DNA of 64,000 bases, taken from contig JANXVR010000103.1 in assembly GCA_025351565.1 (NCBI GenBank), forward strand, positions 697 through 64,696, read 5' to 3'. Positions 17,726 through 28,498 of this stretch are shown in pieces (position 1 is the stretch's first letter; each line of letters begins with the position of its first letter). Under the pieces are notes generated by a model, which ran no database searches, was not told the origin of the DNA, and worked only from the letters and a program-made list of their open reading frames with translations. The position numbers and the translations under genes are program-made. Source of the DNA: Actinomycetes bacterium. Lineage in GTDB: Bacteria; Actinomycetota; UBA4738; HRBIN12.

Positions 17726-18814
17726 TCAAGCCAGCCGGACGGGGTCGAAGGCCGCGCCGGTAAGGATCACGGCGGCCGGCTCCGCGTCTGCAGCGGCGAC
17801 GGTGAGGTGGACGGTGCCTCGCCCACCTTCGGGCGAGTGAACGATCTGCAGATCCTCGATGTTGACCCCGCCGGTCCCCAAAGCCGCCGTCAGCCTCGCG
17901 AGCGCGCCGGGACTATCGGGAACAAGAACCTGGAGCACGGCCACGCCTGCCCGGACCTTGGGCTTGGCCGTGAGCTTCAGGCGGGCAGTCTTGGCGAACT
18001 GGAAGGTTCGTTCGATGGCGAGGGCATCCGCGTCGGCGATGTTCTGACGCAGGGAGGTGAGGCGGTCGATGTAAAGGCCCAGGGCGGCCGTGATCTGGCC
18101 GGCGTTCGCCCGGAGGATCTCGCTCCACAGAACCGGGTCGCTGGAGGCCAAGCGGGTCAGATCGCGGAACCCCCCAGCGGCAAGGAGCAGGATCTCGGGC
18201 TCGTCGGACTCCTCCGTGGCTGCCAATGCCATGAGTGCGGTCGAGGCCACCTGGGGAAGATGGCTCACGAACGCCACCAGCCGGTCGTGACGCTCGGGTG
18301 TCATCCGGACCACCCGAGCCCCGATGCGCGCGATCCATCCGGCAAGGCGTTCGACCTCCGTCTCATCGCTGGCATCCGTCGGGGTCAGGACCCAGACGAT
18401 GTCGTCCACAAGCGACGCCGAGGCGTGCTCGGGCCCAGACCGCTCAGATCCCCCCATGGGATGGCCCGGCACGAACCGCGGAGCGTCCTGTATCGGGAGA
18501 ACGGTGGCCGCGATCGAGCCCTTGATGCTCGCGGTGTCGGTCACGACCGCCCCCGGAGCTCCTTTGAGTGCACGCGCGGCGATCTCGGCCACGGCGGGGA
18601 TCGGCGTGCATATGGCCACGACGTCGGCACCGTCGATCGCCGCCTCCAGGGACGCTGCGGGCTCGAACTCAGCACGTTTGCCCGCACGCGATGCGACGTC
18701 GTCGTCCGCGTCCCATCCGGTAACGGAGCATCCGACACGGGATGCGGCCATGGCGATCGAGGCGCCGATGAGGCCGGTGCCCAGCACCGCGATGCGCTCA
18801 GTTGTCGAGGTCAT
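17726..18814 (-). CDS. tyrA: prephenate dehydrogenase with C-terminal ACT domain
   Basis: ORF 17726..18847 from the ATG at 18814: MTSTTERIAVLGTGLIGASIAMAA (Rossmann GxGxxG), GHPMGGSERSG, SHLPQV. The C-terminal LQVLVPDSPGALARLTAALG is ACT-like. Confidence 0.85.
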   Translation of the reverse strand: MTSTTERIAVLGTGLIGASIAMAASRVGCSVTGWDADDDVASRAGKRAEFEPAASLEAAIDGADVVAICTPIPAVAEIAARALKGAPGAVVTDTASIKGSIAATVLPIQDAPRFVPGHPMGGSERSGPEHASASLVDDIVWVLTPTDASDETEVERLAGWIARIGARVVRMTPERHDRLVAFVSHLPQVASTALMALAATEESDEPEILLLAAGGFRDLTRLASSDPVLWSEILRANAGQITAALGLYIDRLTSLRQNIADADALAIERTFQFAKTARLKLTAKPKVRAGVAVLQVLVPDSPGALARLTAALGTGGVNIEDLQIVHSPEGGRGTVHLTVAAADAEPAAVILTGAAFDPVRLA

Positions 18815-19160
18815 CGCGCAGCGACTCCGCGCCGTCCAGATAGACATGGAACACGCGGTCCAAGGCCCGCTCGGTGTGGAAATGGACCATCAGCCGCACC
18901 ACCGAAGCCATGGAACCCTGAACGGGGATCTCTCGTGCGCAGAGGAGCGGGACCTGCCCTAACCCGATGGCGCGTGCCGCTTCGGCCGGGAACGCGGCGG
19001 CCAGGTCGTCGGTGGCCGTGAACAAGATGCTGATGAGGTCGTCGGTGGCGATCTCGTTGCGGGTCAACACCGTGCGCAGGAGCTGCTCGGTCGCATCGTG
19101 GATGGCCTCTCGCGTATCTTCGGTAACGACGATGGCGCCCCGCGCCGCGCGAACCCGCAT
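18798..19160 (-). CDS. aroH: chorismate mutase, AroH class
   Basis: 120-aa ORF: MRVRAARGAIVVTEDTREAIHDATEQLLRTVLTRNEIATDDLISILFTATDDLAAAFPAEAAR...RLMVHFHT. Co-linear with Bacillus AroH-type monofunctional chorismate mutase. Confidence 0.85.
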   Translation of the reverse strand: MRVRAARGAIVVTEDTREAIHDATEQLLRTVLTRNEIATDDLISILFTATDDLAAAFPAEAARAIGLGQVPLLCAREIPVQGSMASVVRLMVHFHTERALDRVFHVYLDGAESLRDDLDN

Positions 19161-19233
19161 CTGTATCCCTCCGGGGGATCCGGGAGACGGCCCCCCGGTC
19201 AGACAACAGGCTACAGGACGGTCTTGAATGGCC

Positions 19234-19962
19234 TCAGAGACCGGCGGCGGTGTAGAGACCGATCAGGTCCTCGTGGGAGAGCTCGCGGAGATCCCCCGGA
19301 GCCAGGTCGCCGAGAAGTACCGGCCCCACGCGGAGCCGAACCAGACGAACCACCGGAAGACCGACTGCCGCGAGCAACCGGCGAACCTCTCGCTTGCGCC
19401 CTTCGGTCATCACGACACGCAGGGCCACACGGTCGCCGACCTTGCCCACCTCGCGGATCCGAGTCGCGTGGGCGGGGCCATCTTCCAGGTCGACACCGCT
19501 GCGCATCCGTGCGAGTTGTTTGTCGGAGGCAGGCCCTTCAACCTCTGCCAGGTATTCCTTCTCGACGCCGAAGCTCGGGTGCGTGAGTCGATTCGCAAGC
19601 TCGCCGTCGTTCGTGAGGAGCAACAGGCCCTCTGTGTCCCGATCCAACCGGCCGACCGGGAAGACGCGAGGCCCCTCGGTGGGCAGGAATGTCGTGATGT
19701 CGGTTCGACCTTGGGGGTCGGACATGGTGGTTACGACGCCCGCGGGCTTGTGCAGCGCGTAGTACCTCACGTTCGGGTCGAGGTTGACGATGTGACCGTC
19801 AACCTTCACCTCTTGCTGACCGAGGGTGACGCGGCTTCCGAGGATCGCAACCATCCCGTCGATGGTCACCCTGCCTGCGCCGATGATCTCTTCACAGCTA
19901 CGGCGAGATCCGAACCCGGCCCGCGCGAGCGTGCGCTGGAGGCGCTCCTGGCCCTCCTCCAT
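19234..19962 (-). CDS. rluB: pseudouridine synthase (RluB/RsuA family) with N-terminal S4 domain
   Basis: 242-aa ORF: RLQRTLARAGFGSRRSCEEII (S4) and VFPVGRLDRDTEGLLLLTNDGELANRLTHP (catalytic Asp motif). Confidence 0.85.
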   Translation of the reverse strand: MEEGQERLQRTLARAGFGSRRSCEEIIGAGRVTIDGMVAILGSRVTLGQQEVKVDGHIVNLDPNVRYYALHKPAGVVTTMSDPQGRTDITTFLPTEGPRVFPVGRLDRDTEGLLLLTNDGELANRLTHPSFGVEKEYLAEVEGPASDKQLARMRSGVDLEDGPAHATRIREVGKVGDRVALRVVMTEGRKREVRRLLAAVGLPVVRLVRLRVGPVLLGDLAPGDLRELSHEDLIGLYTAAGL

Positions 19963-20616
19963 CTAGCCCGGCCGGTCGTCTTCGAGCAGACCCGAATCCG
20001 GGGCGTCCTCCAGATCCGGCGTCCCGATCGGGTCAGCGGAATCTGCGATCACATCGACCATGGCGCCGGACCGCTCCCCCGCGTCTTCGTCCACGTCGGG
20101 AACCAGCAGCGGGGCCAGTGACGGGAGAGAAGCCAGGGAAGGAAGGCCGAGACGCTCGAGGAATCCAGGTGTGGTCCCGTAGAGCACTGGGCGCCCTGGG
20201 GTTTCCTCTCGCCCGGATTCCTCGATGAGGCCGCGATCCTGCAGGGCTCGGAGCACGCCATCGGAGTTCACGCCTCGGATCGCACTCACCTGGTGGCGGG
20301 TGGCCGGTTGCTTGTATGCGACGATCGCGAGCGTTTCAAGCGCGGCCTTCGTCAGCCGGGCCTGGCGCGAGGAGAGCACGAATCGTTCGACCATAGGCGC
20401 CACGTCCGGATGCGTGAAGAGTCGCCAGCCCCCGGCAACGTTGCGCAGAACCAGCCCGGACCCGCGGTCTTCAAGGTCCGTGGCCAGGCGATCGCACGCG
20501 TTATCCACGTCGCGCCGATCGACCTCGAGCGTCTGCGCCAGCACGGACGCGCTCAACGGCTCGTCCGAGACGAAGAAGAGCGACTCCAGCGCCCTGGCAT
20601 CCACCGCATCCGTCAT
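19963..20616 (-). CDS. scpB: segregation and condensation protein B
   Basis: 217-aa ORF: LESLFFVSDEPLSASVLAQ...AALETLAIVAYKQPATRHQVSAIRGVNSDGVLRALQDRGLIEE...PGRPVLYGTTPGFLERLGL. Confidence 0.9.
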   Translation of the reverse strand: MTDAVDARALESLFFVSDEPLSASVLAQTLEVDRRDVDNACDRLATDLEDRGSGLVLRNVAGGWRLFTHPDVAPMVERFVLSSRQARLTKAALETLAIVAYKQPATRHQVSAIRGVNSDGVLRALQDRGLIEESGREETPGRPVLYGTTPGFLERLGLPSLASLPSLAPLLVPDVDEDAGERSGAMVDVIADSADPIGTPDLEDAPDSGLLEDDRPG

Positions 20617-20617
20617 G

Positions 20618-21364
20618 TCAGCCCATCCACTCGATCTCTATCTCGCCGAACGTCTGACCCTGCTGGAGTCCGACCTTGCCCTCACGGTACAACTCGAGCA
20701 GGGCCAGGAACCGCACGACCACGTGGATCCGCTCCTGGCAGTCTGCGACGATCTCGCGGAACGTGGCCGCCCGGCCGAAGTCGGCCATGCGCGCCTCCAG
20801 TGTGCTCATCGCCTCGGCCACCGTGTAGCGGATCGGCGTGACGTGAGAAAGGTCCAGGGTGGGCGGAGGTCGGAGGGCCTGCGCCGCCACCCGTGCGAGC
20901 GCTTCTGCAGTGATCTTGTCCAGCGGGTCCGGATACAGGTGTGAGAACTCCGGCCCCGGCCCGACGTCCCGCGTGAAGTAGCCCGCTTCGTCCTCGAGCC
21001 GCCGCGCGATCTCGATGGCGACCTTGCGGAACGCCGTCAGCTCAAGCGAACGCGCGTACACCAGGTCGGGCGATCCGCCCAAGATGTCGTCTTCATCCGG
21101 TTCGACGTGACGCGGGGTCAGGCGCGAGACCTTGAGTTCGAGCAACACCGCGCAGATGGCGAGGAACCATGTTGCTTCCTCGAGGTTCCAGTTCTTGGTG
21201 TCCTTCGCGTAGGCGAGATAGGCATCGGTGACGCCCGAGACTCGGATATCGCAGACGTCCACCTTCTGTTCCAGGATGAGATCGGCCAGCAGTCGGAACG
21301 GCCCCGTGAACATCGGGAGCTCCACGGCGAACTGGGGCGCCTGGGACACCGGCTCCCCGCTCAT
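20618..21364 (-). CDS. scpA: segregation and condensation protein A
   Basis: 248-aa ORF: FAVELPMFTGPFRLLADLILEQKVDVCDIRVSGVTDAYL. Adjacent to scpB, with an ATGA overlap with the trpS stop. Confidence 0.9.
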   Translation of the reverse strand: MSGEPVSQAPQFAVELPMFTGPFRLLADLILEQKVDVCDIRVSGVTDAYLAYAKDTKNWNLEEATWFLAICAVLLELKVSRLTPRHVEPDEDDILGGSPDLVYARSLELTAFRKVAIEIARRLEDEAGYFTRDVGPGPEFSHLYPDPLDKITAEALARVAAQALRPPPTLDLSHVTPIRYTVAEAMSTLEARMADFGRAATFREIVADCQERIHVVVRFLALLELYREGKVGLQQGQTFGEIEIEWMG

Positions 21365-22383
21365 CCGAATCGCATCGCAGCGCGAACCGTGGCCAGGGTT
21401 TCCTGGGCCACGGGCCGCGCCTTCGCGAGACCGGCCTCAAGAACGTCGAGAACCAGGCCGGACTGCCGCTCAAGCTCTCGGCGCCGGTCGCGGTAGGCTG
21501 CGAAGGTCTCGATGAGGTGATCGGCCAAGATCGTCTTGCAGTCGACGCAGCCCAGCTCGCCGGTTCGGCACTGCGTATCGATCCTCTCGAGGTCGCCCGG
21601 TGAGAACCGAGAGTGCAGTGCGAACACCGGACACACCTCCGGACGACCCGGGTCACCACGGCGAACCTTCTGCGGGTCGGTGAGGAAGGACTTCACGCGC
21701 TTGCGGATCTCGTCGGGCTCATCGCGCACCCCGATGTAGTTGTCCAGGGACTTCGACATCTTCCGGCCGTCGGACCCTGGGATCGTCGGCGACTCCGAAA
21801 GGAGGGGCTGTGGCTCTAGTAGGACGTCGCCGTACAGCGCGTTGAAACGCCGCACGATCTCGCGGGTGAGCTCCAAGTGGGCGACCTGGTCCTGCCCGAC
21901 GGGGACCAGCTCCCCCTTCACGATCGTGATATCCACGGCCTGGAGTACCGGATAGCCAAGGAGGCCGAAGTTCGCGCTGTGGCGCTCGTCCATGTCACGG
22001 AGGCGTTCCTTAAAGCTCGGCACGCGCTCCAGCCATCCCAGCGGGGTGGTCATGCCGAAGACCAGCGCCATCTCGGCCACCTCGGGGATGTCGGACTGGC
22101 GGTAGATGGTCACGCGCTCGGGATCGAGCCCGGCGGCCAGCCAATCCAAGACGAGGCCTTGCGTCCACGCGGCGAGCTCGTCCACACGATCGTAGTGAGT
22201 CGTGAGCATGTGCCAGTCGGCGATGAAGTAGAAACAGTCGTACCGCTCGTCCTGAAGCCGGAGCATGTTCTCGATGTTGCCGGCCCAGTGGCCCAGATGC
22301 AGAGGTCCGGTCGGTCGGTAGCCGGTCAGCACCCTGCCCTTGCGGGCGGCTCCTGTGGCGGGGGTAGGGTCGGCTGCGTGCAC
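21361..22383 (-). CDS. trpS: tryptophan--tRNA ligase
   Basis: 340-aa ORF: GYRPTGPLHLGHWAGNI (HIGH-type), GSDGRKMSKSLDN (KMSKS). Confidence 0.95.
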   Translation of the reverse strand: MHAADPTPATGAARKGRVLTGYRPTGPLHLGHWAGNIENMLRLQDERYDCFYFIADWHMLTTHYDRVDELAAWTQGLVLDWLAAGLDPERVTIYRQSDIPEVAEMALVFGMTTPLGWLERVPSFKERLRDMDERHSANFGLLGYPVLQAVDITIVKGELVPVGQDQVAHLELTREIVRRFNALYGDVLLEPQPLLSESPTIPGSDGRKMSKSLDNYIGVRDEPDEIRKRVKSFLTDPQKVRRGDPGRPEVCPVFALHSRFSPGDLERIDTQCRTGELGCVDCKTILADHLIETFAAYRDRRRELERQSGLVLDVLEAGLAKARPVAQETLATVRAAMRFG

Positions 22384-22429
22384 GATGCCGGGGATGATAG
22401 CGCGGCCCCCCCTCGGATCCGCACAGGCC

Positions 22430-23218
22430 TCAGCAGATGCCGGACCCGGCGATCGTGTGGCAGAGCGTCACCGTTACCTTCCACACCGGCGTGCCCAGGA
22501 CCAACCCGAACACCATGAAGAACGCGAGGGCGAACAGCGGGAGGTAGGCGTCGAGGTCCCGGTAGAGCTGCTTCGCTCGGCCGTGGAGGAGGAGTCCCAC
22601 CATCCGGGCTCCGTCCAGTCCCGGGATAGGGAGGAGATGGACAACGGCGAGCGAGAGGTTCGCGATGAGGACAGCCACCAGGAACTGCCCCAGCCTCCCA
22701 TCCGAAACCCCCGCGCGAAGGAGCAGCCCCGGGAAGAGTGCCAGCACGATGTTGGCGGCGGGCCCCGCCGAAGACACGAGGACGACGTCGCGCCGCCCGT
22801 GCTTGAAGTAGGTCGGATCCACCGGGGCCTGCTTCGCGTAGGCGAACGGGGGCACGTAGGGAGCCGACATCGCGATGAGGAAGACGATGAGCCCCGGGAT
22901 GAGTCCGCTGCCGAACGGATCGAACCAGGACTTCGGGTTGAAGGAGAGGCGACCCCAGAGCCGGGGGGTGGGATCGCCGAGCCGCACCGCCATGTGTGCG
23001 CGGGCCAGCTCACGAACCGTCAGCCCGATGAACAAGCCCATCCCGATGAACAGCGCGAACGTCGGACCGATGGTCTGCAACCCCAGCACTCGCGCACCAC
23101 TCCCTCGGGCTGGAACCCTATCGCCTGCGCACCCGGCCAGGCCGCACCTCAGATGTACACGCTCATCAGCCTGACGTCTGACTCCCGAGACGCTCGACCT
23201 GACGGTTGGAGAGGTCAT
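22430..23218 (-). CDS. site-2 protease (peptidase M50) family membrane protein with a degenerate metal site
   Basis: 262-aa multi-TM ORF. The M50 layout is conserved (RLGDPTPRLWGRLSFNPKSWFDPFG; LLPIPGLDGARM), but the expected HExxH reads VRELARA (RExxR). The true start is probably downstream of 23218 (about VLGLQTIGP). Confidence 0.7.
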   Translation of the reverse strand: MTSPTVRSSVSGVRRQADERVHLRCGLAGCAGDRVPARGSGARVLGLQTIGPTFALFIGMGLFIGLTVRELARAHMAVRLGDPTPRLWGRLSFNPKSWFDPFGSGLIPGLIVFLIAMSAPYVPPFAYAKQAPVDPTYFKHGRRDVVLVSSAGPAANIVLALFPGLLLRAGVSDGRLGQFLVAVLIANLSLAVVHLLPIPGLDGARMVGLLLHGRAKQLYRDLDAYLPLFALAFFMVFGLVLGTPVWKVTVTLCHTIAGSGIC

Positions 23219-23351
23219 GATACGTCTACCCCAGGTCGAGCACGACCCCTGCGGAGACCTGGGCTAGTGGGCGGCTCTCCAGGAGGTCGAGGGTTATGGG
23301 TTCGGGCGCGTTCCCGCCTCGGACGGCGACGGACTGACGTTCAACCGGACA

Positions 23352-24560
23352 TCAAGAACTCTCAGGACTCAAGTCGAAGCCGAGGGTCGAGGCGATCGAC
23401 GTTCCGGTGAGCCCCTTGGTGCCTGCTCCCAGCAGATCCGCGATCGTACAGCCGAGATCAGCGAACGTCGGCCGAGTTCCGAAGTCGACGGGCCCGACGG
23501 GCAAACCGGCGGCCAGGATCGGCGTCCGCTCCCGGCTGTGGTCGGTCGGCGGCGTCGTCGGATCACATCCGTGGTCACCCGTGATGAACAGTACCCCCCC
23601 ACCGAGCTCCTCCATCAACTCCGGGAGGCGCTTGTCGAACGCCTCGACGGCCGCCGCGTACCCGACGGGATCGTTGCGATGTCCGTACTTCGAATCGAAG
23701 TCCACCAGATTGGTGAATACGAATGCGGGACCGGGACGCCGGAGGTAGTCCAGGGTGAGGTCGACCCCGTGGTCGTTCGAATCGCTGTACCGAGCTTCGG
23801 TGATGCCCTGACCGCAGAAGATGTCCTGGATCTTACCCACCGCGTAGACACGCACCCCGACCTCGACGAGCCGATCCAAGGCGGTAGGGCCGGGCGGCGG
23901 GACGGAGAAATCACGCCGCCCCGCCGACCGAACGAACCCTCCAGGTTCCCCGACGAACGGCCGGGCGATCACGCGTCCGACCTCATGGGGAGCGCGTAGG
24001 AGACGGCGAGCCACACGGCACCACTCGTACAGGGTCGCCAATGGGACCACCTGCTCGTGACAGGCGATCTGGAACACCGAGTCGCCGCTCGTGTAGACGA
24101 TAGGGCGGCCGGTAGCCATGTGCTCGGGACCGAACTCTTCGAGGATCTGCGTTCCCGAGGCTGGTTTGTTCCCGAGGATCTTTCGCCCGATCCCCCCTTC
24201 GAAGGACACGATCACGTCCGGTGGGAAGCCGCGGGGATAGAGAGGGAACGGCTGGTCCAAGCGGATCCCCATCATCTCCCAATGGCCCGTGGTGGTGTCC
24301 TTCCCGGCCGAGACCTCGGTGGCCCGACCGAACCCGGCACCGGCCTCCGCAGCGCCCGGCGCCACACCACGGATGGCCGTCAGCGATCCCAGGCCAAGCG
24401 CGGCCAGGTTGGGCGCCCGGATCCCACCGACCGCGGCTGCGACGTTCCCGAGCGTGTTCGAGCCCGTGTCGCCGTAGGCCGCAGCGTCGGGGGCATCACC
24501 GATCCCCCAGGAATCGCAGACGACCAGGCAGACGCGGTCTCGTCCGCTCCCAATGTCCAT
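23352..24560 (-). CDS. deoB: phosphopentomutase
   Basis: 402-aa ORF: VCLVVCDSWGIGDAPDAAAYGDTGSNTLG, TTGHWEMMG, TNLVDFDSKYGHRND, ITGDHGCDPT. Confidence 0.9.
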   Translation of the reverse strand: MDIGSGRDRVCLVVCDSWGIGDAPDAAAYGDTGSNTLGNVAAAVGGIRAPNLAALGLGSLTAIRGVAPGAAEAGAGFGRATEVSAGKDTTTGHWEMMGIRLDQPFPLYPRGFPPDVIVSFEGGIGRKILGNKPASGTQILEEFGPEHMATGRPIVYTSGDSVFQIACHEQVVPLATLYEWCRVARRLLRAPHEVGRVIARPFVGEPGGFVRSAGRRDFSVPPPGPTALDRLVEVGVRVYAVGKIQDIFCGQGITEARYSDSNDHGVDLTLDYLRRPGPAFVFTNLVDFDSKYGHRNDPVGYAAAVEAFDKRLPELMEELGGGVLFITGDHGCDPTTPPTDHSRERTPILAAGLPVGPVDFGTRPTFADLGCTIADLLGAGTKGLTGTSIASTLGFDLSPESS

Positions 24561-24572
24561 CGCGCTCCTCCC

Positions 24573-25505
24573 CTATCCCTGCCGCGCCCGTGGATGGGAG
24601 GTGTAGTAGACCTCGCGAAGGTGATCCTTAGAGACCAGGGTATAGACCTGCGTTGTGGCAACACTCGCGTGACCCAGGAGTTCCTGGACGACGCGAACGT
24701 CGGCACCACCCTCGAGCAGATGCGTCGCGAAGGAGTGTCTGAGCGTGTGCGGCGTAACGCGCTTGTCCACGCCGGCCAGAGCCGCGCTGGCAACCACGAT
24801 CCGGCCCACCGACTGCCGAGCGAGCCTGGTCCCGAAGCGCAGGTTGAGCAGGAGCGCCCCCTTGCTGCGCCTCGTAGCCAGACCGGGCCGCACCCGGGTG
24901 AGGTAGGCAGAGAGCGCCTCTCGGCCGAAGGCCCCGATCGGCACCTCCCGCTCCTTCCCTCCCTTACCCAGCACCCGGAGCGACCCAGCCTCGAGATCCA
25001 GATCGTCGACGTCCATCCCCACCAGCTCACTCACGCGGAGGCCGGCACCGTAAAGGAGCTCTAGGATCGCGCGATCGCGCAGGCCCGCCGGCGTCCCGGC
25101 GGGTGGGGCCTCGAGCATCGCGGATACGTCGTCGACGGACAGCGGGCGCGGAAGGCCGCGCGGCACCCTGGGCTGGAGCACCCCGCGCGCGGGGTTGTCT
25201 GGCGTCGCACCCTCGCGAAGAAGGAACCGGTGGAACGAACGGACCGCGGAGAGCCTTCGTGCAACGCTGGCGGATCGGTAGGCGGTCTCCTCCTCTCCGA
25301 ACGTTGCAGCGGAAAGGGAGGCCAAGTAGCTGCGGAGCAGCTTCTCGTCGATCTCTCGAGGGTCCTGGATCGATCGCTTCGCCAAGAATGCGAGGTAGAT
25401 CCGGAGATCCCGGCGATAGGCATCGACGGTATTCGGCGAGAGTCCTCGTTCGATCGTGAGGTGATCCAGATAGCGCTGGACCCACGCCGTGATGCTCGTG
25501 GTCAT
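24573..25505 (-). CDS. xerD: tyrosine recombinase XerD (XerC/D family chromosome dimer resolvase)
   Basis: 310-aa ORF with an N-terminal SAM-like domain (YLDHLTIERGLSPNTVDAYRRDL) and catalytic RHRY residues (GLRVSEL, HTLRHSFATHLLEGGADVRVVQELLGHASVATTQVYT). It lies beside the nudix gene and pyrG, as in mycobacterial synteny. Confidence 0.9.
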   Translation of the reverse strand: MTTSITAWVQRYLDHLTIERGLSPNTVDAYRRDLRIYLAFLAKRSIQDPREIDEKLLRSYLASLSAATFGEEETAYRSASVARRLSAVRSFHRFLLREGATPDNPARGVLQPRVPRGLPRPLSVDDVSAMLEAPPAGTPAGLRDRAILELLYGAGLRVSELVGMDVDDLDLEAGSLRVLGKGGKEREVPIGAFGREALSAYLTRVRPGLATRRSKGALLLNLRFGTRLARQSVGRIVVASAALAGVDKRVTPHTLRHSFATHLLEGGADVRVVQELLGHASVATTQVYTLVSKDHLREVYYTSHPRARQG

Positions 25506-26032
25506 CGGCCCGGACCCGGGCCCGATGGCCGCGCGCGGCCGTCGGCAAGGAGCAGTGCCATGGCGGTCTTCGCATCCCGGACCTTGCCGTTCCTGGCGGC
25601 GGTGACCATCTCGCCGAGCGGCCGCCGTATGACCTCGATGCCCACCTCGGGTTCGCCTTCGGGTTCACCCTCAGCTTCGGCCCAGAAGAGGTGAACGTAC
25701 TCGTCGGTGAATCCGACGCTGGCGTAGTACCCGGCCAGGAACTCGATCACGGTGAGCCTGTGGCCGGTCTCCTCGTGCAGCTCACGTGTGGCGCAGGTCA
25801 AGGCGTCCTCACCCTCCACATCAAGGACCCCGGCCGGGATCTCGGTGGTGACCTGCCTGACGGCCGGGCGGAACTGCCGTACCAGGATGACCTCGCCGGA
25901 GGGGGTGATGGGCAAGACGGCCGCTGCGCCAGGACGGTGAAGCACCTCGTGAAGGGGCTGGCCCGGCCAATCCTCGACATCGACCGAGAGGAATCGCCCG
26001 CGGAACGCCGGCTCCGTTCCCCGCGGCTCCAT
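25502..26032 (-). CDS. NUDIX hydrolase (ADP-ribose pyrophosphatase-like)
   Basis: 176-aa ORF with the Nudix box GEDALTCATRELHEETG. Confidence 0.8.
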   Translation of the reverse strand: MEPRGTEPAFRGRFLSVDVEDWPGQPLHEVLHRPGAAAVLPITPSGEVILVRQFRPAVRQVTTEIPAGVLDVEGEDALTCATRELHEETGHRLTVIEFLAGYYASVGFTDEYVHLFWAEAEGEPEGEPEVGIEVIRRPLGEMVTAARNGKVRDAKTAMALLLADGRARPSGPGPGR

Positions 26033-27733
<1,701 letters not shown>

Positions 27734-28498
27734 TCAGTGGCCCGTTTCCTCGGTTCCCTCGGGCGGTCGAACCCCGAGTCGGTCGAACCACCGCACGGGT
27801 GGCAGCGCCTCTATCACGCGTGAAAGGGACGCGGTTTCGGCCGCGATATTCAACGCGACCACCCCCGCCGCCTCGAATGGGATCCACGACGCCGGACCCC
27901 GAACGTAGAGCGCTAGCCCCGCAGTGAAGCCCAAGAGGTTCGCGCCGGCGTCCCCGAGCATCGCGACCTCACGGAGATCGGGGAGCAGGAGCAGGAGGGC
28001 AGCCGCCGCAACCCCGATCGCGAAGGGCCCCGCGTGTGGCATCCACATCAGCCCCGTCGCGGCCACGACCAGGAACCACTTGAGGGCCCGCCCCGGCCGA
28101 ACGTCCAGCCCGTTCCACAGGTTCGCCGCCCCGGCGATGAGGACAGCGCCGCAGAGCCGAACGAGCCCGCCCGGGCGAGCCCCGGCCGCGACGGTGACTA
28201 GCGAGGCGCCAGTGATCGCGAAGAGTTTCACCGCTCCGGTAGTCACCTGCCCGCGCACGAGGGCCCGAACGTGTCCGCGGAGGCCTCGGGGGCCAGAAGG
28301 AGCCAGGTCATCCACGAACCCGGCCAGGGCGACCAGGAGAGCGGCGCCGGAGGCCACCGCCCCGGCGGCGCCTACCCATCCGCGCACGGCGCTCCACGCA
28401 ACGGCCAACCCTCCACCTGCCACCAGCCCGACACCGAGGACGGCGGGAACCCGCGAACCACGGTGATTACGGACGGTCAATCGGGTGATCAGGCTCAT
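27734..28498 (-). CDS. integral membrane protein, distant MraY/WecA (GT4)-like
   Basis: C-terminal 254 aa of ORF 27734..28933, from ATG 28498 (ATGA overlap with the GT2 stop). It has 7-8 predicted TM helices. FVDDLAP and NLWNGLDVRPGRA loosely resemble the DD and NxxNxxDGxDGL motifs of polyprenyl-phosphate sugar-phosphate transferases, but the DG residues are not conserved. Confidence 0.5.
   Translation of the reverse strand: MSLITRLTVRNHRGSRVPAVLGVGLVAGGGLAVAWSAVRGWVGAAGAVASGAALLVALAGFVDDLAPSGPRGLRGHVRALVRGQVTTGAVKLFAITGASLVTVAAGARPGGLVRLCGAVLIAGAANLWNGLDVRPGRALKWFLVVAATGLMWMPHAGPFAIGVAAAALLLLLPDLREVAMLGDAGANLLGFTAGLALYVRGPASWIPFEAAGVVALNIAAETASLSRVIEALPPVRWFDRLGVRPPEGTEETGH

Noticed and set aside
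24573-25505. A tyrosine recombinase as a possible integrase marking a mobile element.
   Set aside because: The sequence and the nudix-pyrG neighbourhood match the chromosomal dimer-resolution recombinase XerD. There are no att-like repeats, phage genes or compositional shift nearby.
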